DNA of 64,000 nt from Trichormus sp. ATA11-4-KO1 (GCA_019358915.1 JAHHIM010000018.1:20809-84808); one strand, 5' to 3'; positions 42,052-52,223 are shown, counted from the stretch's first letter. A program made the numbers and translations. The notes: generated from the sequence alone by a model not told the origin.

Positions 42052-42327
42052 TCCTCAAATGCTGGAAAAATTTTCTTGAATCGGATTTTCATGGACTTAG
42101 ACCACAAAAATCATATCTAGAAGCAGAAAAAATTAATAACAACTTTCTCACCCTTACAGATTCAATTTTTGGTTTTAAAGTTTCAGCATTTTTTTTGATC
42201 CCCAATTATTTTTCGAGCTACTACTAAAGAAATACGTCTTTAGTAATAAATGCTTAAAACTAGATTAAATTAACCTATATGCTTCTGTTTTCTATTAGTT
42301 ATCTTTACACATCAAAATTAGTTGAAA

Positions 42328-42345
42328 TTAAGAAAAAGATGAGAA
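42328..42345 (-). promoter_or_regulatory. Putative OmpR-family tandem binding site
   Basis: TTCTCAT-N4-TTCTTAA (11-bp period), upstream of the DUF1611 operon. Confidence 0.4.
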
Positions 42346-42350
42346 AATTC

Positions 42351-43019
42351 TTATAATCCCAAGCGGTAACCTATGCCTCTAACTGTTTCAATAAACTTAT
42401 TACCTAGCTTCTTGCGGAGATAACCCACATAGACATCAACAATGTTATTGCCAGGATCATAGTTGTAACCCCAAACATGACTAAGAAGTTGTTCTCTACT
42501 CAGAACTTGTGCTGGATGACGCAGAAAAGTTTCCGCTAAAGTAAATTCGCGGGCAGATAATTCAATGCAGCGATCGCCTACTTTTACTTTACGAGTACGC
42601 AGGTCAAGCACAATATCGGTGGTACTAAGAATCATCTCATCTGGGGAATAAGACGAGCGGCGATCGCGCAACCGTACACGCGCCCTTGCTAACAATTCTT
42701 CAAATCGAAATGGTTTAGTCACATAATCATCGGCACCTCTTTCAAAGCCGTTGACTTTATCTTTCACATTGTCATGTACAGTCAAAACAATGATTGGTAA
42801 TTGCTCCCCTTGTCCACGCAATTCTTCTAATACCGTCCAGCCATCTTTTCCAGGAAGACCAATGTCAAGGATGAGTAGGTCAAAATTACCACTACTAACC
42901 ATAACAATAGCTTCCTCACCGTCCTTGGCTACAGTAGTGGTAAAGCCATGAGCCTTGAACCCTTTTTCCAGAAACTTGGCAATGCGGGATTCATCTTCAG
43001 CGATCAGAATTCTATTCAT
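42351..43019 (-). CDS. OmpR-family response regulator
   Basis: ILIAEDE, LDIGLPGKDG, ADDYVTKPF, VDVYVGYLRKKL..ETVRGIGY. Confidence 0.96.
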   Translation of the reverse strand: MNRILIAEDESRIAKFLEKGFKAHGFTTTVAKDGEEAIVMVSSGNFDLLILDIGLPGKDGWTVLEELRGQGEQLPIIVLTVHDNVKDKVNGFERGADDYVTKPFRFEELLARARVRLRDRRSSYSPDEMILSTTDIVLDLRTRKVKVGDRCIELSAREFTLAETFLRHPAQVLSREQLLSHVWGYNYDPGNNIVDVYVGYLRKKLGNKFIETVRGIGYRLGL

Positions 43020-44460
43020 GCAGTAAAAGCTCCTCTTGCGGTGGTTCTATAGGAAGGACTAGAGTAAAAGTCGATCCACCCATGGGGCGACTGAAAAGTC
43101 TGACTGTTCCGCCGTGAGCAATAGCGATCGCTTTGACAATTGCCAATCCCAAACCAGCACCATCAGAACGGCGACCACTCGAACCACGCGCAAAACGCTG
43201 AAAAATGCGTTTTTGATCCTTGGGATTGATACCTTTACCAGTGTCACGCACCCATAGATGTACTTGATTTTTAGTCAACAAGGAACCTATGACAATGACA
43301 TCTTTTTCTTGCGTGTGCTGAGTCGCATTCACAGCTAAGTTCATAATTGCTTGTGTCAATCGTTGTCGGTCGGCTACAATGCGCCCCCAAGCTTTTACCT
43401 CTAAACGCCAATCTCGATCAGCTAAAGCTTTAGCTTTTATGTATAGTTCTTCGGTCAATGCAGCAATTTCTACAGTTTCTAAATTTAAAAAATCTGGTTG
43501 CTCTGCCTTAGCTAGTAACAATAGGTCATCGACAAACCGATTCATCCGATCTAGTTCGTCGGTGACTAATTCTATAGTTTCGCGCCGCTCTTGCAGGTCA
43601 TCACCTAGTAGTTCTAAATGACCTCGGATAATTGTGATTGGTGTCCGCAGTTCATGACTAGCATCATTGATGAAGTCTCGTTGACTGGAAAAGGCGACTT
43701 CGAGCCGTTCCAGCATTTCATTGAAGGTAATAGTGAGTTCAGAAATCTCGTCTGAACCTGTGACCGGAATGCGTCGTTTCAAGTCAGACTCACTAATCAA
43801 GTGAGCTGTTTCGGTGAGTAAACGCAGGGGAAAGAGTACCTGTCCAGCTACTATCCAAGCCAACAATGAAGCCGCAATCAGAACGGCAAAGTTTACCTGC
43901 ATAATGATGGTAATTGCCTCATTCACATCTTGATTTTCAACAGCAGTAGAATACACTACTACCATCACCCCACGACTTTTTCCTTTAATTACTGGTTCAG
44001 CCAGATAATATATGAGATTACCAGATGAAGTTACTTGTTTTTCTTGTTGGGTCTGAGTCAACTGCGCCCAATACTTTAATAATTTTGAATTGGAATATAG
44101 AGATTCTGGAACAACTGTCGGATCTGATTTGTAGAATTTACCGTTTAACAGCGTAATGAAGTACTCGTTGTCGTCAGGAAAGTTACGAGATAGATATTTA
44201 TCAAAGATAGCAATTATATCATCTCCAAACGGCTTACCTGTCGTGGGGTTTTTTCCATTAACAACTTTTTGAAATTCCTTGACTTCTTGGGCTAGAGAGT
44301 TTTCGATGCGCTTTTCTTGGCGCAAAAGAAGAACCTGACGGATTACCAAAATTGATACCATGGCAGACAAAGCCATCAGCATCACATACCAGATTAAAAT
44401 GCGTGCGCGAACACCCAAAAAGATTCTATACCATTTAGGAGATGAATTTGTTTGCCTCAC
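43012..44460 (-). CDS. HAMP-domain membrane sensor histidine kinase
   Basis: Two TMs, HAMP, ASHELRTPIT, NLAVNA, DTGKG, GAGLGLAIV. Overlaps the regulator start by 8 nt. Confidence 0.95.
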   Translation of the reverse strand: MRQTNSSPKWYRIFLGVRARILIWYVMLMALSAMVSILVIRQVLLLRQEKRIENSLAQEVKEFQKVVNGKNPTTGKPFGDDIIAIFDKYLSRNFPDDNEYFITLLNGKFYKSDPTVVPESLYSNSKLLKYWAQLTQTQQEKQVTSSGNLIYYLAEPVIKGKSRGVMVVVYSTAVENQDVNEAITIIMQVNFAVLIAASLLAWIVAGQVLFPLRLLTETAHLISESDLKRRIPVTGSDEISELTITFNEMLERLEVAFSSQRDFINDASHELRTPITIIRGHLELLGDDLQERRETIELVTDELDRMNRFVDDLLLLAKAEQPDFLNLETVEIAALTEELYIKAKALADRDWRLEVKAWGRIVADRQRLTQAIMNLAVNATQHTQEKDVIVIGSLLTKNQVHLWVRDTGKGINPKDQKRIFQRFARGSSGRRSDGAGLGLAIVKAIAIAHGGTVRLFSRPMGGSTFTLVLPIEPPQEELLLHE

Positions 44461-44824
44461 TAGTTATCTGCTTCCTATGGACAATATTTAAGATTATGTA
44501 GTTCGGAAGCTTTTTTGGGATACATCTTAAGTAATAAAAAGTTTCAGTACTCAGGAGCAAATTTCTACCTCTGTGATGAGGTACTGGCAGAGGTAAAAGC
44601 ACTAGAAATCGTCTATTCAACAGAAACTTACGCGCTTGGCTAGAAATTAAACATAATTAGTTTATAAATATCATTAACAGAGCTTTACTACAAATCATCC
44701 TCTTGCAAGTATCTTAGCGATCTCTCCGCTATGCAAATATTTGTATTTACCTAAAATTCAAAGGTGGGTATTAAAGATAGAGACGCGATTAATCACGTCT
44801 CTATTTTATTGACAGAACGAGGAA

Positions 44825-45154
44825 CTACCACCAAATACGATTTCCATGTTCGTCTACTCTCGCTTGCCGAATTACATCAGAAATTTCTTCAGCATCTTTA
44901 ACATGGTGCAGTGCCTTTTTTGTCCCATCAGGGTATTCTACAACAAAGTAAGTTGGGACTTTAATGTGGTCACCTGTGATATCCGGTACATCTACAGCCA
45001 CCTGTTTCGCCTTCTCTTCAACTGATTGGGGTTGTTGAGCGATCGCATCTCCAGGGTTAGCTGTTAAGTTTCTTTCTTTAACTGTTGGCTCTTCTCGTGA
45101 ATGCCAATCTTGACTTACTGGTTGATTAATTTGATTTTCTAGTTCCTTAGCCAT
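44825..45154 (-). CDS. Hypothetical protein
   Basis: ORF from MAKELENQ, with DITGDHIKVPTYF...LHHVKDAEEISDVIRQAR. Confidence 0.7.
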   Translation of the reverse strand: MAKELENQINQPVSQDWHSREEPTVKERNLTANPGDAIAQQPQSVEEKAKQVAVDVPDITGDHIKVPTYFVVEYPDGTKKALHHVKDAEEISDVIRQARVDEHGNRIWW

Positions 45155-45384
45155 GATTTTTTCTATGAAAATAGATACATTTACTAAGAACAATCTAGAA
45201 AATTCAAGAGATAATGAGTTCCTTCTTCGGAAAGAGTTTATGATGAAATCAAAAAGCTATATATCTGAGGCTATATTTTAACATATTTGGTTACATATAA
45301 ACTCTGGCGCACGAAATAAATAATATGCTCTGGCTCTGAAAAATTATCAAGTCGCTGATGATTACACCATAGGTGATGCAGGGT

Positions 45385-46359
45385 TTAATTAGTGGGTTGA
45401 AATGATGTATATTTTCCCCCCAATGCTTCTACAATAGTGCGGGTGTTTGCTACCATCATTTTGATGTAAGAATCTCCATCACTGCCTTTTGCACCAATGG
45501 AATCAGAATATAATTCCCGTGGTGCTAACTTCACACCTGCTTCTTGAGCAACAGTTTTTATTAAGGCTGGATTAATTGTTGTTTCGGCAAAAATGGCTGG
45601 CACACCTATTTTTTTAATGGACTCAACTAATCGCTGCACTGTTTGAGCGCTGGGTTGTTCTTCTGTGCTAATACCAATTAAAGTGCCGGCGATCGCTATT
45701 CCATAAGCTTGTCCATAATATTGGAAAGCATCGTGAGTTGTAACGAGTTGGCGTTTGTCTGGGGGAATGGTTTGAATTTGTTGATTAATCCAGCTATGCA
45801 ACTGCTTTAATTCATGAGTAAGTTGTGATGCTCTTTGAGTAAATTCTGCTTGATCTGCGGGAGATAATTCAATCAAAGCATCCCGCATGGCATTTACCAT
45901 GGCGATCGCATTCTCTGCACTACCCCAAACATGGGGATCTGGTACAACTTTTCCTGCACTTTTATCTAACTGTAAAGGTTTGACAACTTCTCCTACAGCT
46001 AACTTGCGCGCCTTCTCACCAGCAGCATTCACCAGATTAATCAATCCCGGTTCCAAGTTATAGCCGTTATACAAAATTAAGTCAGCTTTTTCTAACACCC
46101 TGCTGTCTGCTGGTGTCGGTTCGTAAACATGAGGATCAACACCTGGTTGGAGAATACCAGTTAGCTCAATTGCGTCTCCCCCAACTTCTTGGGCTAAATC
46201 AGCAATGATCGTACTAGTTGCAACTACTTGCGGTTGATCATCTGTCCCAGGAGAGATGCGGTTAGAGTCTACTTGGGCGCATCCACCTAATAGTCCCAAC
46301 AAAACTCCCAGCATAGCTTGCCAGCAGTATCTAGCTTTTGACTGAGTAATCTCTTTCAT
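45385..46359 (-). CDS. mntC: Mn ABC transporter substrate-binding lipoprotein
   Basis: Lipobox LGGC, DPHVYEP, DPHVW, HDAFQYY, EEQPS, LYSDS. Adjacent to ManR boxes. Confidence 0.88.
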   Translation of the reverse strand: MKEITQSKARYCWQAMLGVLLGLLGGCAQVDSNRISPGTDDQPQVVATSTIIADLAQEVGGDAIELTGILQPGVDPHVYEPTPADSRVLEKADLILYNGYNLEPGLINLVNAAGEKARKLAVGEVVKPLQLDKSAGKVVPDPHVWGSAENAIAMVNAMRDALIELSPADQAEFTQRASQLTHELKQLHSWINQQIQTIPPDKRQLVTTHDAFQYYGQAYGIAIAGTLIGISTEEQPSAQTVQRLVESIKKIGVPAIFAETTINPALIKTVAQEAGVKLAPRELYSDSIGAKGSDGDSYIKMMVANTRTIVEALGGKYTSFQPTN

Positions 46360-46375
46360 GGACTTGCTAAACTTG

Positions 46376-46427
46376 TTTTCATATTTTTCTCATTTTTAGG
46401 GTACATTATTCTCATATTCTTTTCATT
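46376..46427. promoter_or_regulatory. Two ManR-type boxes in the divergent mntC/mntA promoter
   Basis: TTCTCATATTCTTTTCATT (46409-46427) matches the complement of the Anabaena ManR site TATGAAAAGAATATGAGAA except at one end base. A second copy, TTTTCATATTTTTCTCATT, is at 46376-46394. Confidence 0.8.
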
Positions 46428-46455
46428 TTTTATTTAAATTCCCGAAAACAGGACA

Positions 46456-47268
46456 ATGAGAACTGTTCACTTTTCCCTAAAGCCCGATTCCAGCTTTGAT
46501 CCCGTCTATCCTATGCAAGACACCCTTACCCCCACAATTGAAAGTATTAACATTGCCCATGTAGGGGTGCAATACCGTACACAAGAAGCCTTGAGGGACG
46601 TTAACTGTGTTGTCAAACCAGGACGGCTGACGGGGATTTTTGGCCCCAATGGTGCTGGAAAAAGTACTTTAATGAAAGCCATGCTGGGCTTAGTTCCTCT
46701 CAGTAGCGGGACTGTGCTTTACCAGGGAAAACCATTAATGCAACAACTAGAGAAAATTGCTTACGTACCACAGCGTAACCAAATCGACTGGACTTATCCC
46801 GCAACAGTCTGGGATGTGGTAATGATGGGACGGGTAAAAAAGACTGGTTGGTTGCGTAGCTTTTCAGCAGTTAGCCGTCGAGAAACTAAAAATGCCCTGA
46901 AACGGGTGGGAATGTTTGAATATTGCGATCGCCCCATTGGACAATTATCAGGGGGACAACAGCAGCGAGTATTTTTAGCCCGCGCCTTGGCACAGCAAGC
47001 AGATATTTTCTGCTTTGATGAACCTTTAGTGGGCATTGATCAAAAAACCCAATCGATCATTTTTGAAGTGTTCCATGAACTCGCCACTGCTGGTAAAATT
47101 GTCTTGGTAGTCAACCACGACTTAGGCGAATCCATTACCCACTTTGATGATTTAATCTTACTCAATCGTGAATTAATCGCTACAGGTTCACGCCAGCAAG
47201 TCCTCACACAACAGAACCTATATCGCGCTTATAGTGGTCAAGTAATCTACTTTGATGGGGCTGCTTAA
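46456..47268 (+). CDS. mntA: Mn ABC transporter ATP-binding protein
   Basis: GPNGAGKST, YVPQR, LSGGQQQRVFLARAL, FDEP. Start may be at 46513. Confidence 0.88.
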   Translation: MRTVHFSLKPDSSFDPVYPMQDTLTPTIESINIAHVGVQYRTQEALRDVNCVVKPGRLTGIFGPNGAGKSTLMKAMLGLVPLSSGTVLYQGKPLMQQLEKIAYVPQRNQIDWTYPATVWDVVMMGRVKKTGWLRSFSAVSRRETKNALKRVGMFEYCDRPIGQLSGGQQQRVFLARALAQQADIFCFDEPLVGIDQKTQSIIFEVFHELATAGKIVLVVNHDLGESITHFDDLILLNRELIATGSRQQVLTQQNLYRAYSGQVIYFDGAA

Positions 47269-47374
47269 ATTCTTACTATGTCTGCATACTCTGTAGTTTA
47301 TGTAAATAAACACCTATAATTATATGAGCCAAAAACATACAAATACCTAATTTCATCATTAGGTATATCAAGAT

Positions 47375-47586
47375 ATGCTAGAAAAACTAATACTTCAGAA
47401 TTTCAAAAGCCATAAATCTACAGAAATTCATTTTGATAGTTCCCGATTACATGGACTAGTGGGAAAAAATAGTGCTGGGAAGATACGAGTTTACAAGTTT
47501 TACGTGAAAGAGGTGTACATACAGGTTTAACAGATTATCTTCAAGAAGTGGAGCAAAGATTGGCTGAAATTATTTTGTATGATTAA
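47375..47586 (+). pseudogene. Fused remnant of an AAA/ABC-type ATPase N-terminus and a partner-gene C-terminus
   Basis: MLEKLILQNFKSHKSTEIHF..LHGLVGKNSAGK (Walker A) breaks at about 47483. Another frame continues WEDTSLQVLRERGVHTGLTDYLQEVEQRL..*. Confidence 0.7.
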
Positions 47587-47668
47587 AAACTATTATAGAT
47601 GGATAAGCTGACGCACCACAACTTCAAACATCCCAAATATCCAATGATAAAATATCGTATAAATACTT

Positions 47669-48514
47669 ATGCTACAAGCATTAATTGAGCCATTGCAATA
47701 CAGCTTTATGCAGCGATCGCTCATAATTGCCATTATCGTCGGCTTACTGTGTGCAGTGGTTGGCAGCTACTTGATGGTACAAAGACTAGCCTTACTGGGT
47801 GATGCAATCAGTCATTCAGTTTTGCCAGGACTGGCGATCGCTTTTATGGTGGGAGCGAATATATATATTGGGGCATTTATTGCCGGGGTTGTGAGTACAA
47901 TGGCGATCGCCTGGATTAGGACGCGATCGCCAATCAAAGAAGATGCCGCAATGGGCATAGTTTTTTCGGCTTTTTTTGCCCTGGGTATTACCTTAATTAC
48001 TATTGTGCAAAAAGATAATAAAATCGATTTAAATCACTTTCTTTTCGGCAACATTCTCGGTGTTACAAGTGATGAAGTCCGAGATACTGCTATGATTGCG
48101 GCTATTGTTTTAATAGTCGTTTTTTTGTTATATAAAGAACTTTTATTTTACACCTTTGACCCCATAGGCGCTCAAGCCGCAGGTTTACCAGTCAATCGGC
48201 TAAATTTTGGACTGATGTTGCTGATTGCTTTAACAATTGTTGCCAGCATGAAAACTGTAGGTGTCATTCTAGTATTATCACTGTTAATCACACCGGGAGC
48301 AACAGCCTATCTTTTAGTTAAACGCTTACATCAAGTAATGCTTTTAGGTGCATTGATTGGGGTAATTTCTAGTATTAGCGGTATGTACTTGAGTTATTTT
48401 TATAACTTACCCTCAGGCCCAGCGATCGTTTTAGTTGCATCAGGATTATTTCTCTTGGCATTACTGTTTAGTCCCACACACGGAATTTTTACATCCAAAA
48501 TGAATCGTCAGTAG
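47669..48514 (+). CDS. mntB: Mn ABC transporter permease
   Basis: LALLGDAISHSVLPG, EDAAMG, LFGNILG, PSGPAIV. Confidence 0.88.
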   Translation: MLQALIEPLQYSFMQRSLIIAIIVGLLCAVVGSYLMVQRLALLGDAISHSVLPGLAIAFMVGANIYIGAFIAGVVSTMAIAWIRTRSPIKEDAAMGIVFSAFFALGITLITIVQKDNKIDLNHFLFGNILGVTSDEVRDTAMIAAIVLIVVFLLYKELLFYTFDPIGAQAAGLPVNRLNFGLMLLIALTIVASMKTVGVILVLSLLITPGATAYLLVKRLHQVMLLGALIGVISSISGMYLSYFYNLPSGPAIVLVASGLFLLALLFSPTHGIFTSKMNRQ

Positions 48515-48764
48515 TTGAGAGAGGGAACAGGTTACAGGTTACAGTGTTGGAATACAGCGATTTCATTTTCTTAAATATTGTGAGGATTGTGAAAGCAAAA
48601 CCCTTGTTCTGCCTCGTTCAGAACGTTGCTGAGGTGTTAACTTACCGTAAATTATTATTAATCTATTATTTGATTAATTTATATATAGTAAAAAACTCGC
48701 AAAAATTACCGCTTGATGTAGAGTTGTCAGCTAATCTGACAACAGCAGTTTATTCCTCAAGACA

Positions 48765-49550
48765 ATGACCGCAAGTAGTCCCACAATTTTAGCTTTAGAC
48801 TTTGATGGAGTAATTTGCAATGGACTAATTGAATATTTTGAAGTTGCATGGCGCACCTACTATCAAATGTGGTCGCCTGCTAACACTACACCACCAGATG
48901 ATTTAGCTTTAAGATTTTATCGTCTGCGCCCTGTGATTGAGACGGGTTGGGAAATGCCTGTTTTAATCAAAGCGTTGGTAGATGAAATCCCTGAAGAACA
49001 AATCCTTCAGGAATGGGTAAACATTACGCCACAAATTTTGTTAGACAACAACTTACTAGCTAAAGATATCGGTGCGAAACTAGACAACCTGCGAGATGAG
49101 TGGATTAATACAGATTTAGACGGTTGGCTAAGTCTGCATAGATTTTATCCTGGCGTATTAGAAAAAATAAAAGTAACTGTTGCTAATGAAGTCAAGTTAT
49201 ACATTGTCACTACCAAAGAAGGGCGCTTTGTGCAGCAATTGTTGCAACGAGAAGGTTTAAATCTACCACCAACGGCAATTTTTGGCAAAGAAGTCAAGCG
49301 CCCCAAATACGAAATTTTGCGAGAATTAATCCACGTAGCAAATCAAAAACCAGTGAGTTTGTGGTTTGTAGAAGATAGACTCAAGACATTGCAGTTAGTC
49401 CAACAGCAAACAGACCTGGGAAATATAAAATTATTTTTGGCAGATTGGGGCTACAATACCCAAGCAGAAAGGAAATCTGCCCAAGATGATCCGCGAATTC
49501 AGGTATTATCTCTGCCTCAGTTTGCTAAAGATTTCTCTGGGTGGTTGTAA
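48765..49550 (+). CDS. HAD family hydrolase
   Basis: LDFDGVIC, VTTK, FVEDRLKTL, LADWGYN. Confidence 0.9.
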   Translation: MTASSPTILALDFDGVICNGLIEYFEVAWRTYYQMWSPANTTPPDDLALRFYRLRPVIETGWEMPVLIKALVDEIPEEQILQEWVNITPQILLDNNLLAKDIGAKLDNLRDEWINTDLDGWLSLHRFYPGVLEKIKVTVANEVKLYIVTTKEGRFVQQLLQREGLNLPPTAIFGKEVKRPKYEILRELIHVANQKPVSLWFVEDRLKTLQLVQQQTDLGNIKLFLADWGYNTQAERKSAQDDPRIQVLSLPQFAKDFSGWL

Positions 49551-49616
49551 TTTTCTGAGGAATGAAGAGTTACTATTTAATTCTTCCTTCCTCACTCAGC
49601 ACTCATATCTATATTT

Positions 49617-50792
49617 ATGCTTGATCTGACAAAGTTAGCGCAACAAATGCAGGGTTTAAGTCAGCACCTGACTTTAGAAGCTGCTGCAAGTCGCCAACGT
49701 TTAGAATTAGCGCAACAACATCTTAAAAATGCTTATGAGTGTCAACAAGATTTAATCGATCGCCAGGAAAAATGGCGCGATCGCATTCTCTTTGCCAATG
49801 CTACCCCAATTGAGCCGCTAGAAACCTGCATTGATATCCCAGTCCCGCCGAAAGTACATACTGTCATTGCTACCGATGGTTCACAAATAGCCCCTAACCA
49901 TCACGAAATTGCTTACTGCTATCTGCTGAATATTGGTAGAGTCGTTCTACACTACGGACAAAATCGCCAACCCCTTCTTGATAGTTTGCCAGAAGTATTT
50001 TATCGCCCCGAAGATTTATATATATCTCGACAGTGGGGAATTAGAACCGAGGAATGGATGAGTTACCGCCGTACAGCATCTGAAGCCACAGTATTGGCAG
50101 AATTAGCCTGTGCAGCGAAAGGGGAAGCGCCAGCATTAGCGATGGAAGATGGTTCTTTAATTTACTGGTTTTTAGAACAGTTGCCTATTGATGCCCGCGA
50201 TCGCATCTTACCTCCTATCCTGGAAGCTTGGCAGCAGATGCGTGATGCTCAAATTCCGTTAATGGGTTATCTTAGCGCCTCTCGTAACATCGAAGGTATG
50301 AACTTTTTACGGTTGTTAGCTTGTCCCCATCCCGCTCCCGACTGTCTCACCCATTGCCCAAATCAGTTAGAAAAAGTACCTTGTAAAATATTTGAACCGT
50401 TGCGAGATACCGCCCTTTGGGCAACCCAATTGCAACCAGGACAACGGGGGCCACTATGGCGCAGTAACAACCGCATTCTAGAACTCTACGCAGACCAAAC
50501 AATTTACTTTTGCTATGTCCATGTAGGTACAGAAATTGCGCGGATAGAAGTCCCAGCGTGGGTAGCAGAGAATACAGCCATGTTTGACCAAGCACTAGGA
50601 TTAATGCTGGCACAGGTGCAAAAAGGCTATGGCTACCCAGTGGCGATCGCAGAAGCGCATAATCAAGCAGTTGTAAGAGGTGGTGATAAAGCCCGTTTCT
50701 TTGCCCTCCTGGAAAGACAAATGATTAAAGCTGGTTTGAGAAATGTGGGAACTTCCTATAAAGAAGCCAGAAAACGCGGCAGTATTGCTTAA
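49617..50792 (+). CDS. nurA: NurA domain nuclease
   Basis: ATDGSQI, DGSLI, GYGYPVAIAEAHNQAVV. Confidence 0.9.
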   Translation: MLDLTKLAQQMQGLSQHLTLEAAASRQRLELAQQHLKNAYECQQDLIDRQEKWRDRILFANATPIEPLETCIDIPVPPKVHTVIATDGSQIAPNHHEIAYCYLLNIGRVVLHYGQNRQPLLDSLPEVFYRPEDLYISRQWGIRTEEWMSYRRTASEATVLAELACAAKGEAPALAMEDGSLIYWFLEQLPIDARDRILPPILEAWQQMRDAQIPLMGYLSASRNIEGMNFLRLLACPHPAPDCLTHCPNQLEKVPCKIFEPLRDTALWATQLQPGQRGPLWRSNNRILELYADQTIYFCYVHVGTEIARIEVPAWVAENTAMFDQALGLMLAQVQKGYGYPVAIAEAHNQAVVRGGDKARFFALLERQMIKAGLRNVGTSYKEARKRGSIA

Positions 50793-50965
50793 TTTAAATC
50801 CCCACTTTATTGAAAGAATTGGTTATTTTTTATGCCAAATTTACCTAACTATAAAAAGGAGTAAACCTCTGAGATGGCATAGATTTCAGTCAACTTTAGT
50901 GGACTTGGGCTATTAACCAAGAAATAAATTTCTTGGCGGAAGTTTGGGCAGGTGCAATATTTGAA

Positions 50966-51307
50966 CTAAGTATTCCAAAACTCCTGCGCCATTGCTGCAA
51001 CGGTTCTTTCTAATTCTGGTAAATATTTTTCAATTACACTCCAAACAATATCAAGGTCTACATTCAAATATTCATGAGTTAATCTATTCCGAAAACCAGC
51101 AATATTACTCCATTCAATTTCAGGGTATCTGCTCTTCCAATCATTGGGTAATTTTTGCACAGATTCACACATTACCTGAAGATTTCTTAACACAGCATCT
51201 GGGATTTTAATATCCTGGAAAAATATTTCTGGTTCTGCAACTGTATATTGCTTAATTCTAGTGAGACAATCTCGAATATGAATTAAATAGACTCGACTAT
51301 CTTTCAT
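50966..51307 (-). CDS. HEPN/DUF86 (HepT-like) RNase toxin
   Basis: YLIHIRD, DAVLRNL, RX4HXY motif RNRLTHEY. Confidence 0.9.
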   Translation of the reverse strand: MKDSRVYLIHIRDCLTRIKQYTVAEPEIFFQDIKIPDAVLRNLQVMCESVQKLPNDWKSRYPEIEWSNIAGFRNRLTHEYLNVDLDIVWSVIEKYLPELERTVAAMAQEFWNT

Positions 51308-51615
51308 AAAGAGACAGCTTCATTAAAGATTTTATCCCGAATTAAATAATGTAAAGATTTAGGGGTCACAACATCGACTTTATGATTTAACAAATTCTCT
51401 AAATCTAAAATCAAACCACCTGGAAACCAAGGAGAAATTTTCTCTAAATCGTAATCAACTAAAAAATCAATATCACTTGCTTCAGTTTCTTCACCCCTAG
51501 CTACACTACCAAAAACCCGCAAGTTATAAGCTCCATGTTTAGCCGCAATGCTGAGAATTTCTTCTCGTTTTTCTTGGAGTAATTGTTTTAATCTTATTTT
51601 TCCATTTTCTGACAT
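51304..51615 (-). CDS. Minimal nucleotidyltransferase (MNT) antitoxin
   Basis: FGSVARGE..SDIDFLVD, KVDVVT. ATGA overlap with the HEPN gene. Confidence 0.92.
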   Translation of the reverse strand: MSENGKIRLKQLLQEKREEILSIAAKHGAYNLRVFGSVARGEETEASDIDFLVDYDLEKISPWFPGGLILDLENLLNHKVDVVTPKSLHYLIRDKIFNEAVSL

Positions 51616-51761
51616 ATGTCACACCGCAGGTAGATATAGGTTAGGTTAACGTAATAAAACTCAACATTAATGGGTGTTTCCTCGTTGCCATTTACATTAT
51701 ATTTCAGTTGCAATGTTGGGTAGAACGCAGTGAAACCCAACACCAACCGTATCATCTAATT

Positions 51762-51866
51762 AACTACCAACCTTTTGTAGAGAAACATGCTGGAAGTCTG
51801 AAATGTACATCAGAATCAGGAAAAGGGACAGAGTTTTGGGTTCAGATTCCTATACCATTTAATTGA
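51762..51866 (+). pseudogene. Histidine kinase C-terminal remnant
   Basis: NYQPFVEKHAGSLKCTSESGKGTEFWVQIP* matches the end of an HATPase_c domain and has no upstream frame. Confidence 0.75.
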
Positions 51867-51899
51867 CATGCACCACAGAGAATTAATCAAAGCCACCTT

Positions 51900-52134
51900 T
51901 GGCAGCAAGGCAGGAGGCATTCGGCAGAAGGCATTCGGGAAACCTCTCCCATGAAGGGAAGAGGTTTGTATAAGGACGCATCTTTTCTCGTGCTACGCAT
52001 CTGGCAAAGAATATTTTGATTTTTTTTGCCCACAAGGAGCAAGGTTTGTACCTTTTCTTCCTTCTGCCCTCTGCCCTCTGCCCTCTGCCTTTCTTCTTAT
52101 CAAATCTTCCTGAGCGACTTTTGCAAGAGGTCTA
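51900..52134. repeat. STRR-containing degenerate MITE-like element
   Basis: Inverted GGCAGAA/GGCAGGA and CTGCCCT heptamers. The right end CGACTTTTGCAAGAGGTCTA looks like a terminal repeat; no left end found. Confidence 0.45.
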
Positions 52135-52223
52135 ATGTTTGCTCGTAGTCAGAACTTTAGTCCTGGTAGATACGCGAATGCAGAAAAATTAGTAACATCC
52201 AGTTAAATTATGATTAGTTGTCT

